Part shown: positions 17,158 to 27,458 of the stretch, in pieces
Layout: the number at the start of each line of letters is the position of its first letter
Position numbering within the stretch: position 1 is the first letter of the stretch
DNA from: Chloroflexota bacterium
GTDB taxonomy: Bacteria; Chloroflexota; UBA11872
Reading direction: 5' to 3'
DNA length: 64,000 nt
Assembly: GCA_963667925.1 (NCBI GenBank)
Contig: OY764080.1
Span: forward strand, 85,990 to 149,989
Notes under the pieces: model-generated
The model's database searches: none
What the model saw: the letters and a program-made list of their open reading frames with translations, nothing else
Told to the model about the DNA's origin: nothing
Made by a program: the position numbers and the translations under genes

Positions 17158-20100
17158 ATGATGCGTATTCGTCAGCCGATGCATGCTCGGCGGCGCGGCT
17201 GGCTCAAGGCTCTGGGGCCTCTGATTGCAGCGGCGACTCTTGTGCTGGTTGCGGCGGTGCAGCCCGTGGCGCAGGCCCAGGGACCGACACCCGGCCCGGC
17301 GCTGCTGCCAACAGTTGCTGCTGAACCGCCGAAGCCGGACCAGCGGTTCGCGATGGTGAGCAGCGGCAACTTCCATACCTGCGCGCTGCGCGCCAATGGC
17401 CAAGTCTTGTGTTGGGGTGCCGGGCCGCCAGGCGAGACGGCCGCATTCGGCTCGGTCGACCTCGGCCAGGCGTCGCCGCCGGACGGGGAACGATTCGTGG
17501 CCATCAGTAGTGGCGGCTTTCACACCTGCGGCCTGCGGGACGAAGGAACCGTCGCGTGCTGGGGCGCCGGCCGCGATGACTGGTCGGAGAGCCTGGGCCA
17601 GGTTGGATTCGGCCAGACCTCCCCTCCGGTTGGCGAGGTCTTCACCGCCATCAGCGGCGGCGCTGGGCATACGTGCGGGCTGCGCGAGGACGGCTCGGTG
17701 GCCTGCTGGGGGAACGACGAGTTCGGCCAGGCCACGCCGCCGGACGGCGAGACATTTAAATTCATCACCAGCGGCGCCAGTCACTCCTGCGGCCTTCGAG
17801 AAGACGGCTTGGTCGTGTGCTGGGGACCGGAGCCGCGTCCGGGTCCGTTTGGCGGCTGGGAAGCCCCACCGGAAGCAGAGTTCGCGTCGATCGACGCGGC
17901 ACGCGGGTATACGTGCGGCGTGCCGCTGGAGGGCCCGCCGTTCTGTTGGGGGAGCTACTCGGAGACTCCCAACCTCGCGCGGTATCCGCCAGCGGATCTG
18001 TGGCTCATCGCTGTCAGCGGGGGCGGGGGGCACGCCTGCGGTCTGCAGAAGGACGGAACGGCGGTGTGCTGGGGCGATCTGGCGGACGGGCCACCGCCAG
18101 GGCAGCGGTTCGCGTCGCTCAGTAGCGGCGTCGGGCATACCTGCGGGCTGCGCGCCGACGACGGCACGGTGGCCTGCTGGGGCGACGACACATATGGACA
18201 GGCGTCGCCGCCCGCTGGTGCGCGATACCTCGGGTCCGAGCCCAGCCCACCCGATCCCTCCGACCCGGGGGCGCCGCTGACCGCGCTCAGCAGCGGCGCT
18301 GATCATCTCTGCGGCATCACGAGCGAAGGCTTCGCCTGGTGCGTTGGCGGTGACTCATTCGGTCAGTCATCGCCGCCGCCTGGGATGAAATTCGCGTCCA
18401 TCAGTGCCGGCTGGTTTCACACCTGCGGCATTCGCCTGGATGGCGTGGCGGTCTGCTGGGGCGACGACGAGGACGGTGAATCTTCGCCACCGCCTGGGGA
18501 GCGGTTCGTGGAGATCAGCAGCGGCACAGGCCGCACCTGCGCGCTGCGCGAGGACGGAACGCCGGTCTGCTGGGGCGGCGAGAGCGCTGAAGAGACGGCG
18601 GCCGTGGAGGACGAGCAATTCACCACCATCAGTGTCGGCTGGTCCCACGCTTGCTCGTTGCGGGCCGACGGCACGGCTGTTTGCTGGGGTACCGACTGGG
18701 ATGGCCGGGCCACGCCGCCGGAGGGTGAGAAGTTCAAGGCCATCAGCAGCAGCTGGCAGCACACCTGCGGGGTGCGCGAGGACGGGACCGCGGTGTGCTG
18801 GGGCCGCGACAGGGACGGGCAGGCCTCGCCGTCCGATTACGAGCGCCTTGTGGACATCAGCACGAACCTCTATCACACCTGCGCGCTTCGAGAAGACGGC
18901 ACGCCTGTGTGTTGGGGCGCCGCTCGCCCTGGGGCGGATTACGGTCAGGCTTCACCGCTCCCCGGCGACGAGTTCGTGGACTTGAGTAGCGGAGTCGAGT
19001 TCACCTGCGGCCTGCGCGCGGATGGTACGTACAGGTGCTGGCGCTTCGGCCCCACGAAGCTCGGGTTCGACCTCGAGACCGTCGGCCGCGACGGATTCAG
19101 AGCGGTGCGGGACCGCGCGCTGACCGAAATCAGCAGCGGCAAGCGGCACACCTGTGCGATCGATGTGGACGGCGCGCTGCTGTGTTGGGGTCTGAACGAC
19201 TACGGCCAGGCCTCCCCGCCGGAGGACGGAACCTTTATTGCGGTCAGCAGCGGGGAACGACACGCCTGCGCCCTGCGCGACAACGGCGAAGCGATCTGTT
19301 GGGGCGACGCGGCGGACGGCCGGACCGAGCCGCCGGCCGACGAGCGATTCGTGGCGATCAGCAGCGGCTGGGCCTATACCTGTGCGCTGCGCGAGGACGG
19401 TGCAGCCGCGTGTTGGGGTCAGGATCATGATGGACAGGCATCACCGCCCGCGGATGAGCGCTTTAGTGCGATCAGCAGCGGGCCAACGCACGCCTGCGCG
19501 CTACGCCAGGACGGCTCGGCGGTGTGCTGGGGCCAGGATGACGACGGTCGGGCCTCGCCGCCGGCCGACGCACGATTCACCGCCATCAGCAGTGGCTGGG
19601 ATTACACCTGTGCTCTCCACCATGACGGCAGCCCCTTCTGCTGGGGCGATCCCGATAACGAGGCGGCGAGGCCGCCATTTGTCGACCGCTTCGTCTCGAT
19701 CAGCAGTGGTTCCGATCACGCGTGCGGACTACGCGCCGACGGCACGCCGGTTTGCTGGGGCGAACGGAATGCGGTCGCTCCGCCGGGCAAGTACTTCAAG
19801 GCCATCAGCATTGGCCTGGGGCACACCTGCGGATTGAGCCAGGACGGTCGGCCGATCTGCTGGGGCAGCGGTTACTTAACTCAGACTGAGTCGGCCAAGC
19901 GCTCACAGTTCGAGACGGTCAGCGCTCAGAGCTTTGTTTCCATCAGCAGCGGCTACGCGCACGTCTGCGCGCTGCGTGAGGACGGGTCGGCGGTCTGCTG
20001 GGGCTCGAGCGGAGCTGGACAGACCGCGGCGCCGCATGGCGAGACGTTTTCTTGGCTGTCCAGCGGCGGCTCTCACACGTGCGGGTTACGGTCGAATGGA

Positions 20101-23100
20101 GAGGCGGTCTGCTGGGGCTACAACGAGCAGGGTCAGGCGTCGCCGCCCGACGGCGAGCGGTTCATGGCGCTCACCAGCGGTAGCTATCACACGTGCGGGC
20201 TTCGTAGCGACGGCACCGCAATTTGCTGGGGGAGGGACGACAGCGGTGAGGCGTCGCCGCCCGAGGGCGTGCAGTTCATGGCGCTGAGCTCCGGCGAGCG
20301 CCACACCTGCGGCTTGCGCACCGATGGCCTGGCGCAGTGCTGGGGGGACGACGAGCACGGCAAGTCGACGCCAACCCAGGCCGAGAGATTCGTTGCCGTG
20401 ACCAGCGGCGAGGAGCACACCTGCGCGCTGCGCGCCGATGGCACGCCGGTTTGCTGGGGCGTGGCCGGAATCGTGACGTCACCGCCGCACGGCGTGGCAT
20501 TTGCCGCGCTGAGCAGCGGCAGACAGCACACGTGTGGATTGCTGGCGGACGGGACGCCGGTCTGCTGGGGCTCAAACGCCGGCGGTCATGAAACCCCTGG
20601 CGGGCGAGCCTTGGCGCCGCACGGCGAGAAACTCAGCGCGGTGAGCAGCGGCGGCGACTTTACGTGCGGCCTCCGCACGAACGGCACGCCGGTTTGCTGG
20701 GGCGGGCGCTTCGAGTCCGGCGCGCCGCGCTATCCGCCTATCGCCGGCGGCCCATTCGTTGCCGTCAGTAGCGGGGAACTGCATACCTGCGCGCTGCGTG
20801 AGGACGGCACGCCGCTTTGCTGGGGCGACGACTCCCACGGTCAGGCGTCGCCGCCAGCGGACGAGCGCTTTGTGGCCGTGAGCAGCGGTGAGCAACACAC
20901 CTGCGCGCTGCGCGAGGACGGTCGTGCGGAGTGTTGGGGATCTAATCGCAACGGGCGGTCAACGCCGCCGGAGGGTGAACGATTCGAGTACCTCAGCAGC
21001 GGCTCAAACCATAGTTGCGCGTTGAGGTCGGATGGATCCGCAGCGTGCTGGGGGCGCAACGACCAGGGGCAGGCCTCGCCGCCAGAAGCCGAAACGTTTG
21101 TAGCGATCGGCAGCGGCGGCGAGCATACCTGCGGCCTACGCGATGACGGGTCCACCTTCTGCTGGGGCTCTGAAGACCGATCCAGCAGCCGGGACAAGCC
21201 CTGGCCGCCGGAGGACGAGCGCTTTGTCGCCCTGAGTGTTGGACCGAACCATACCTGTGCGCTGCGAGCGGATGGCACGTTCTGGTGCAGCACGGACTTC
21301 GGTCAATGGTCCGGGGTGTTCGAGGGCGAGCGGTTCGTTTCCATCAGCAGCGCCCGCGAGCGCCTGTGTGGCCTTCGGGACGACGGTTCGGTCGCCTGCT
21401 TTGGCGACTTTCGAATCTACCTTCCGGTCGATCAGCCGTTCGTGTCGCTTAGCACTGGGGCCCGGCACACCTGTGGGCTGCGCGAGGACGGCGCCATCCT
21501 GTGCTGGGGTCAGAACAGCCGAGGCCAGGCTTCGCTTCAGGAACGGCAGCGAACGTCCTGGCGTGGCGAGCGGCTCACGGCCGTGAGCGCCGGCGGCCGC
21601 GTCGCCTGCGCGCTTCGCCAGGACGGGACGCCGGTGTGCTGGGTAGCGCCCGATTCCAGGTGGTCGTCACCACGCGACATTCCGGAGCCTCCAGACGAGC
21701 GGCTGAATACAGTCAGCGCCGGGTCCGGGTACGTCTGCGGTCTTCGCGACGACGGCACCCCTGTTTGCTGGGGACAGGACTGGAACGGTCGAGCCGTGCC
21801 GCCGGACGGCGAGGTGTTCAAGACCATTAGCAGTGGCTCCGGGCACACCTGCGCGTTGCGTCCGGACGGCACGCCCGTGTGCTGGGGGAGCAACGATGAT
21901 GGATACGGTCGGCAGGCCGGTCGGGCGTCGCCGCCGGAGGGCGAGCGCTTCACGACCATCAGCGTGGGCGCCTTCCACACCTGCGCGCTGCGCGAGGACG
22001 GAACCCCCGTGTGCTGGGGTAGCAACGAGGACGGGAACGGCAACCCGGTTGGTCAGGCTTCACCGCCCGGTGGCGAGCGGTTCACGGCCCTCAGCAGTGG
22101 ATCGCTCCACACCTGTGCCTTGCGCGGGGACGGGACGGCCGTCTGCTGGGGTGAGAACCACGACGGCCGGTCGTCGCCGCCGGAGAACGAGTCGTTCGTC
22201 GCGATCGACAGCGGCGCCGAACACACCTGTGGTGTCCGCGCCGACGGCTCCGCCGTCTGTTGGGGACAGAACTGGAACGGCCAGGCCTCGGCACCCGTGG
22301 GCGAGGACATTGCAGCTATCGGCAGTGGCCAGGATTTCAGTTGCGCCCTGCGCCAGGATGGAACCGCGACGTGCTGGGGCGAGGGGTACCCCCGCCCGCC
22401 TGATGTGACACCCCCGTACACACCGCTGGCGCCGCCGCTGCCCAGCCCGCTGCCAGAGTTCGTGGCCGTCAGTTGCGGCAGCTTCCACACTTGTGCGCTC
22501 AGCGTGGACGGTCAGGCGATTTGCTGGGGCAGCCGGTCCGGTCTTCGGCCGGTGTGGCCGCCGGAGGGTGAGCGGTTTGTCGCGCTCACCAGCGGGTGGA
22601 GCCACACGTGCGGGCTACGCGACGACGGAATGGCCGTGTGCTGGGGTGTTGGCGTCGCGGTCAACGAGTCGCCGCCTGCTGGGGAAACATTCGCCGCGCT
22701 GAGCAGCGGCTCGAGCCACACGTGCGGCCTGCGCGAAGACGGGACCGCTGTGTGTTGGGGCTTCGACGACGACGGTCGAACCTCGCCGCCGACCAGCGAG
22801 CGCTTCACGATGCTCAACAGTGGTGGCGGTCACACCTGCGGCCTGCGCGAAGACGGGACCGCCGTCTGCTGGGGACGAGACGACGAAGGCCAGGCCTCGC
22901 CGCCCGCCGACGAGCGGTTTACGGCACTTGGCAGCGGCGGCAATCATACGTGCGGGCTGCGTGCCGATGGGACTGTCCTCTGCTGGGGCGATAAGTCAGC
23001 CCCTCACGCGACACCGCCGATCGGCGAGACCTTTGTAGCCATCAGCAGCGACGCCTACCGGACCTGTGGGCTGCGTAGCGATGGGACTGTGGTGTGTTGG

Positions 23101-23253
23101 GGATCCGTTCGAGCCGGCGAATCCACATCACCCGACGACGTGCGGGTCACCACCATCAGCATGGGTAACGCACACACCTGTGGACTGCGCGCGGACGGAA
23201 CCGTCGCTTGCTGGGGGTCCGATGACGAGGGCCAGGTGTGGCCGCCGCGATGA
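17158..23253 (+). CDS. Secreted giant RCC1/BLIP-II repeat protein (49 repeats, predicted seven 7-bladed propellers)
   Basis: Signal peptide (...VQPVAQA), then 49 copies of FxAxSxGxxHTCxLRxDGxxxCWG counted by eye. Confidence 0.9.
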   Translation: MMRIRQPMHARRRGWLKALGPLIAAATLVLVAAVQPVAQAQGPTPGPALLPTVAAEPPKPDQRFAMVSSGNFHTCALRANGQVLCWGAGPPGETAAFGSVDLGQASPPDGERFVAISSGGFHTCGLRDEGTVACWGAGRDDWSESLGQVGFGQTSPPVGEVFTAISGGAGHTCGLREDGSVACWGNDEFGQATPPDGETFKFITSGASHSCGLREDGLVVCWGPEPRPGPFGGWEAPPEAEFASIDAARGYTCGVPLEGPPFCWGSYSETPNLARYPPADLWLIAVSGGGGHACGLQKDGTAVCWGDLADGPPPGQRFASLSSGVGHTCGLRADDGTVACWGDDTYGQASPPAGARYLGSEPSPPDPSDPGAPLTALSSGADHLCGITSEGFAWCVGGDSFGQSSPPPGMKFASISAGWFHTCGIRLDGVAVCWGDDEDGESSPPPGERFVEISSGTGRTCALREDGTPVCWGGESAEETAAVEDEQFTTISVGWSHACSLRADGTAVCWGTDWDGRATPPEGEKFKAISSSWQHTCGVREDGTAVCWGRDRDGQASPSDYERLVDISTNLYHTCALREDGTPVCWGAARPGADYGQASPLPGDEFVDLSSGVEFTCGLRADGTYRCWRFGPTKLGFDLETVGRDGFRAVRDRALTEISSGKRHTCAIDVDGALLCWGLNDYGQASPPEDGTFIAVSSGERHACALRDNGEAICWGDAADGRTEPPADERFVAISSGWAYTCALREDGAAACWGQDHDGQASPPADERFSAISSGPTHACALRQDGSAVCWGQDDDGRASPPADARFTAISSGWDYTCALHHDGSPFCWGDPDNEAARPPFVDRFVSISSGSDHACGLRADGTPVCWGERNAVAPPGKYFKAISIGLGHTCGLSQDGRPICWGSGYLTQTESAKRSQFETVSAQSFVSISSGYAHVCALREDGSAVCWGSSGAGQTAAPHGETFSWLSSGGSHTCGLRSNGEAVCWGYNEQGQASPPDGERFMALTSGSYHTCGLRSDGTAICWGRDDSGEASPPEGVQFMALSSGERHTCGLRTDGLAQCWGDDEHGKSTPTQAERFVAVTSGEEHTCALRADGTPVCWGVAGIVTSPPHGVAFAALSSGRQHTCGLLADGTPVCWGSNAGGHETPGGRALAPHGEKLSAVSSGGDFTCGLRTNGTPVCWGGRFESGAPRYPPIAGGPFVAVSSGELHTCALREDGTPLCWGDDSHGQASPPADERFVAVSSGEQHTCALREDGRAECWGSNRNGRSTPPEGERFEYLSSGSNHSCALRSDGSAACWGRNDQGQASPPEAETFVAIGSGGEHTCGLRDDGSTFCWGSEDRSSSRDKPWPPEDERFVALSVGPNHTCALRADGTFWCSTDFGQWSGVFEGERFVSISSARERLCGLRDDGSVACFGDFRIYLPVDQPFVSLSTGARHTCGLREDGAILCWGQNSRGQASLQERQRTSWRGERLTAVSAGGRVACALRQDGTPVCWVAPDSRWSSPRDIPEPPDERLNTVSAGSGYVCGLRDDGTPVCWGQDWNGRAVPPDGEVFKTISSGSGHTCALRPDGTPVCWGSNDDGYGRQAGRASPPEGERFTTISVGAFHTCALREDGTPVCWGSNEDGNGNPVGQASPPGGERFTALSSGSLHTCALRGDGTAVCWGENHDGRSSPPENESFVAIDSGAEHTCGVRADGSAVCWGQNWNGQASAPVGEDIAAIGSGQDFSCALRQDGTATCWGEGYPRPPDVTPPYTPLAPPLPSPLPEFVAVSCGSFHTCALSVDGQAICWGSRSGLRPVWPPEGERFVALTSGWSHTCGLRDDGMAVCWGVGVAVNESPPAGETFAALSSGSSHTCGLREDGTAVCWGFDDDGRTSPPTSERFTMLNSGGGHTCGLREDGTAVCWGRDDEGQASPPADERFTALGSGGNHTCGLRADGTVLCWGDKSAPHATPPIGETFVAISSDAYRTCGLRSDGTVVCWGSVRAGESTSPDDVRVTTISMGNAHTCGLRADGTVACWGSDDEGQVWPPR

Positions 23254-26200
23254 GGCTGGGGAACGTGCTAATGGCCGGCCCTAAAGTCAGCCGCGCTGTC
23301 GCTCATCGGGCGGGCCGGCGACTCTTGTCGTCATGTTCAGCTCCAGCGATGCGGCTGATGCCAGGCCTTCGTCGATCAAGAGGCAGATCGAGGCCAGTGC
23401 CCGGACAGCTGCGGCCTCTCACCGCAAGACGTGGGTCCCGAGGTCTGGCGCCGCCACTGCGTTTCGTCGCGCTGGCCGCGGTGCTGATTGCACTCGGTGT
23501 GGGCCTTACGACCACGCCGGCGCATGCCCACAGCCGCATTCCGCCGTGCGAGAGTTTCGGTCTCCGCGGCTTACACGTGATGAATTCCCAGAACTCCGTG
23601 CAATGGAAGCCGGGTGGCTCCGAACTGCTCTTCATCCACCACGACCAGCTCTACCAGGCGACGGTGGACGGGACACGCGTGCACGGCACGTTTGCGGTGC
23701 CGTACGAGGCCCACATCGAGTCGCGGTCGTATCTCAAGGTCTACCTGACCCACGCCGACGTCTCCCCTGACGGGACCCGGGTGGCGTACTCCGTCTGCTG
23801 GGACTCCTTTACGTTCTGGGACAGTCCGCCAAGGGAACCGCCGGATGAAGAGTCCCGCGCGGTCGACGTTCCGATCGGCACAGTTTTCTTTGAAGTCGCC
23901 GTCTGGGATGCGACCACCGACGAGGTGGATTACCTGGCCGTTGGCAGTGTGCCGGTGTGGTCGCCCGACGGTAGCCGCATTGCGTTCTTGTCCGATTACA
24001 ACTACGCCAACCCGCCGGACGGCCGACGGACACGCGTCGAGGCCGACCCGGGGCTCTTCAGCATGGCCGCGGACGGCTCCGACATCCAACGCCTGGCGCC
24101 GGCGGACCCTGGGGACGTCGGCCTTCCGCCCCGCTGGTCGCCGGACGGGCAGCACCTGGCCTTTGTGCGAGGCGTGGGTTTGGCGGAGCAGGCGGTGTAC
24201 ACGGTGGGCGCCGACGGATCCGATCCCAGGCAGATCTCCGCCGCGGCCAGTCTTCCCTCCTGGTCGCCGGACGGCGCGCGGCTGGCGCTGGCGTTGCCCG
24301 ACGGCGAAGAAGTGGCGCTGTACACCATTGCGGCGGACGGCTCGGACCCGCGGCGGCTGACGACGATCGAGGGCTGGCAGAGCCAGGGGTGGAACGAAGA
24401 GTCGTACACGGAAGATCCGTCGGTTGCCTGGATCGAGACGGTGGCCTGGTCGCCGGACGGATCGAAGATCCTCTACACGTGCGGATGGGGGTCGGTCTGC
24501 GTGGTCGACTTGGACGGAAATCCCGTCGGATCATCGCCTGAGAACTTCGGGGAGCCACACGGACCGGCCTGGTCGCCTGACGGGTCGCGAATCGCGATTG
24601 GTCTAGGCGCTGAATTGGACCGCTATTCGCGGCGCGTTCCCGAGGTTCTCTACACGATGCGGCCCGATGGCTCCGACCCGCAGGTCGTTGTGACGCTGGG
24701 CGTCGGGCTGGTGGCCGAGAGCGTCAGAGAGGCCGACCTTGCAACGCGATACGCGGCCTGCACCGCCGGATACGTAGTCCCCGAGCCCGGCGCGAGTCCC
24801 GGCCTGGTGAGCGACTGCCAGACGCTGACGAATCTGCGTGATTGGCTCTTCGGTGGCGTGACCACGAACTGGAATGCCGGGACGCCGATCGACCAGTGGG
24901 TGGGACTGACCATCGAGGGCTCGCCGCGGCGGGTGACGGGGCTGAGGGTGGGAACCGGCAGATACGGCGATGCCGTAACGGCAGGCGTTATCCCGCCTGA
25001 ACTCGCGGACCTGCCCAAGCTGCGGAGGCTCGAGCTTGCCGGCAACCAGATTTCGGGCAACATTCCGCCGGTGCTCGGTCGACTCGCCGAGTTGGAGACG
25101 CTGGACGTCGCCCACAATCAACTCTCGGGGTTGATTCCAGCCGAGCTTGGCAATCTGAGCTCGCTGCGGAGCTTGAACCTGTCGGGTAACCGGCTCTACG
25201 GGGAGATTCCACCGGAACTGGGCCAGCTGACGAGCCTTGAACTCCTGGATCTTGCCGGGAACGATCTGACCGGCGAGATTCCAGCGGAGCTGGGCAACCT
25301 CGGCAGTCTGCAGCGGCTTCTCCTTCGGGAAAACGAGTTCGGCGGGGGAATTCCGAGCGAAATCGGCCAACTTGTTGGCCTGGTGGTGCTGGACCTCGCC
25401 GAGAGCGGTGTCGCGGGCAGCATTCCGCCTGAAATCGGCGGTCTGGCCGGGCTCGAGACGCTGGACCTCTCCAACAATGAGCTGACGGGTGACATTCCGC
25501 CCGAACTCGGCGGGCTGCGAAACCTGAAGGGGTTGAATCTCAGCCAAAACCACCTGACGGGCGGCATCCCCTGGGAACTGGGCTGGCTGACGAAGCTCAC
25601 GGACCTGCAGTTCGGGGGCAACCAACTCACCGGGCGAGTCCCGGTGGCCGTGGGGTCGATGTACGACTTGTGGTCGCTGGGACTGTGGGGCAATCAACTC
25701 GAAGAGTGCCTCCCCTTCCACCTGAACAGACGTGAGCCGCCGTACGTCAGCCCGCGCGAATGGGCGACCTGCGAGGCCGGTTCGTATGCCTTCAACATTC
25801 GCGACGACGCGTCGCCCGGGGCCAGCGTGGGCCGGGTCTACATCCCCGGCCGGCTGGCGGACACGGTCGGATATGTGATCGCGGCCGGTAACGAGGCCGG
25901 GGCGTTCGCCATCGACTCGGGCAGCGGCCACATTACCGTTGCCGGTGAACTGGACGCTTCAGCGGTCGATGCCTATGTGCTGACGGTCGTGGCGAGTGAT
26001 GGACTCGGCGACCCGGTACGCGTGGCGATCCGGGTCAATCCAGCGCCGTCGCCGCCGACCTGCGCCAGCGGAATCGCCGTGCCGAATCCGCAGGAGAATC
26101 CCGGGCTGGTGAACGACTGCCGGATCCTGCTCGAAGCGCGGGAAGTTCTGGTCGGGCGGTCCTGGCTGAATTGGAGCGCCGAGGCACCGATGGAGCAGTG

Positions 26201-26645
26201 GGAAGCGATCGAACTTGGTGGCACACCGCGACGCGTCCTGGCGCTGGAGATTCAAGGGCCCCACGGCGGCCGGCGCATCCCGCCCGAGCTTGGAGGCCTG
26301 AGCGCTCTGCGGCGACTGGTGCTCTTTAACAACCGACTGTGGGGCACCATACCGAGCGAACTAGGCCAACTGAGCGAGTTGCGCGAACTCGATCTGTCGA
26401 ACAACGCCTTCTCGGAAGCGATACCGCCGGAACTGGGTCAGCTCGACAACCTGACGAGACTTAACCTCTCGGTTAATCGACTGGCAGGGTCAGTCCCAGT
26501 GGAACTCGCACAATTGACTAGCCTGCGCGAACTGCAGCTCGACTCGAACTACTACTTGGCACAGTGCCTGCCGCCCGGACTGGCCGTGCGAGCGCGGGAC
26601 GGTGTCGCGTTGCCCGACTGGCCGACGTGCGAGGCGGACAGCTAG
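23250..26645 (+). CDS. Exported multidomain protein: TolB-like (PD40) propeller, LRR, cadherin-like domain, second LRR
   Basis: Signal ending 'PAHA', repeated 'WSPDG', 10+4 copies of the 24-aa GxIPxELGxLxxLxxLxLxxNxL repeat, and cadherin-like 'YVIAAGNEAGAFAIDSGSGHITV'. The ATG at 23250 overlaps the upstream stop; the true start could be later. Confidence 0.88.
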   Translation: MRLGNVLMAGPKVSRAVAHRAGRRLLSSCSAPAMRLMPGLRRSRGRSRPVPGQLRPLTARRGSRGLAPPLRFVALAAVLIALGVGLTTTPAHAHSRIPPCESFGLRGLHVMNSQNSVQWKPGGSELLFIHHDQLYQATVDGTRVHGTFAVPYEAHIESRSYLKVYLTHADVSPDGTRVAYSVCWDSFTFWDSPPREPPDEESRAVDVPIGTVFFEVAVWDATTDEVDYLAVGSVPVWSPDGSRIAFLSDYNYANPPDGRRTRVEADPGLFSMAADGSDIQRLAPADPGDVGLPPRWSPDGQHLAFVRGVGLAEQAVYTVGADGSDPRQISAAASLPSWSPDGARLALALPDGEEVALYTIAADGSDPRRLTTIEGWQSQGWNEESYTEDPSVAWIETVAWSPDGSKILYTCGWGSVCVVDLDGNPVGSSPENFGEPHGPAWSPDGSRIAIGLGAELDRYSRRVPEVLYTMRPDGSDPQVVVTLGVGLVAESVREADLATRYAACTAGYVVPEPGASPGLVSDCQTLTNLRDWLFGGVTTNWNAGTPIDQWVGLTIEGSPRRVTGLRVGTGRYGDAVTAGVIPPELADLPKLRRLELAGNQISGNIPPVLGRLAELETLDVAHNQLSGLIPAELGNLSSLRSLNLSGNRLYGEIPPELGQLTSLELLDLAGNDLTGEIPAELGNLGSLQRLLLRENEFGGGIPSEIGQLVGLVVLDLAESGVAGSIPPEIGGLAGLETLDLSNNELTGDIPPELGGLRNLKGLNLSQNHLTGGIPWELGWLTKLTDLQFGGNQLTGRVPVAVGSMYDLWSLGLWGNQLEECLPFHLNRREPPYVSPREWATCEAGSYAFNIRDDASPGASVGRVYIPGRLADTVGYVIAAGNEAGAFAIDSGSGHITVAGELDASAVDAYVLTVVASDGLGDPVRVAIRVNPAPSPPTCASGIAVPNPQENPGLVNDCRILLEAREVLVGRSWLNWSAEAPMEQWEAIELGGTPRRVLALEIQGPHGGRRIPPELGGLSALRRLVLFNNRLWGTIPSELGQLSELRELDLSNNAFSEAIPPELGQLDNLTRLNLSVNRLAGSVPVELAQLTSLRELQLDSNYYLAQCLPPGLAVRARDGVALPDWPTCEADS

Positions 26646-26648
26646 CGA

Positions 26649-27395
26649 TCAGACCATGAGCTCGCCGCCGGTGATGTCGAGGGCGGCGCCGGTGATGTAG
26701 GCGGCGCGGTCGGAGGCGAGGAAGCAGACGAGTTCGGCGACTTCGGCGGGTTTGCCCATACGGTTGAGGGGAATGGACGGGATGTATTCCTGGATGCGTT
26801 CCTCGGACCAGGCGACGCGCAGCATGTCGGTGTCGATCATGCCGGGACAGACGGCGTTGACGGTGATGCCGTAGGGGGCCAGCTCCTTGGCGGCCGCACG
26901 CGTGAGGCCGAGCACGGCGGCCTTTGAGGTCGTGTAGGACGCGCCGCCGACGGTGCTGACGTTCTTGCCGGCGGTGGACGAGAAGTTGACGATGCGTCCG
27001 TAATTGTTGGCCTGCATGGCCGGGATGACGGTCTGGGTGCAGAAGAAGACGCCATTGACGTTGACGTCCAGCACGCGCCGCCACTCGGACTCCTGGATGG
27101 ACTCGAACGCGGTTGGCGAGACGATACCGGCGTTGTTGACGAGGATGTCCAGGCGGCCGAAGCGCGCGGTTACGGCGGCGACCATGGCGTCCACGGACGA
27201 CTTGTCGGCCACGTTGGCGGGGAAGGCGGCAACGTCCGCGCCGAGTTCGGACGCGACGGCTTCAATCTGTTCGGCATTGACGTCGTTGACGGCGACCTGC
27301 GCGCCGCCGGCCAGCAGGCGCTCGGCGGTTGCGCGGCCCATGCCGCGTCCGGCTCCGGTTACCAATGCGACACGGCCCTGGAACTCAGCGGTCAT
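26649..27395 (-). CDS. SDR family oxidoreductase (FabG-like)
   Basis: 'VALVTGAGRGMG', 'LVNNAG', 'YTTSKAA' and 'NAVCPG'. Confidence 0.92.
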   Translation of the reverse strand: MTAEFQGRVALVTGAGRGMGRATAERLLAGGAQVAVNDVNAEQIEAVASELGADVAAFPANVADKSSVDAMVAAVTARFGRLDILVNNAGIVSPTAFESIQESEWRRVLDVNVNGVFFCTQTVIPAMQANNYGRIVNFSSTAGKNVSTVGGASYTTSKAAVLGLTRAAAKELAPYGITVNAVCPGMIDTDMLRVAWSEERIQEYIPSIPLNRMGKPAEVAELVCFLASDRAAYITGAALDITGGELMV

Positions 27396-27458
27396 CTGGG
27401 CAATCTCCTCTGGCGACTCGTCGGGTGGTTCTGAAGCGTCATCCTGCCAGCAATTGGC

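Noticed and set aside
17340-23240. Periodic DNA repeats (tgctgggg, cacacctgcg) that could suggest a CRISPR array or DGR target
   Set aside because: They are degenerate in-frame coding repeats of the RCC1 protein. There are no identical repeats with unique spacers, no cas or reverse transcriptase gene, and I saw no adenine-specific TR/VR pair.
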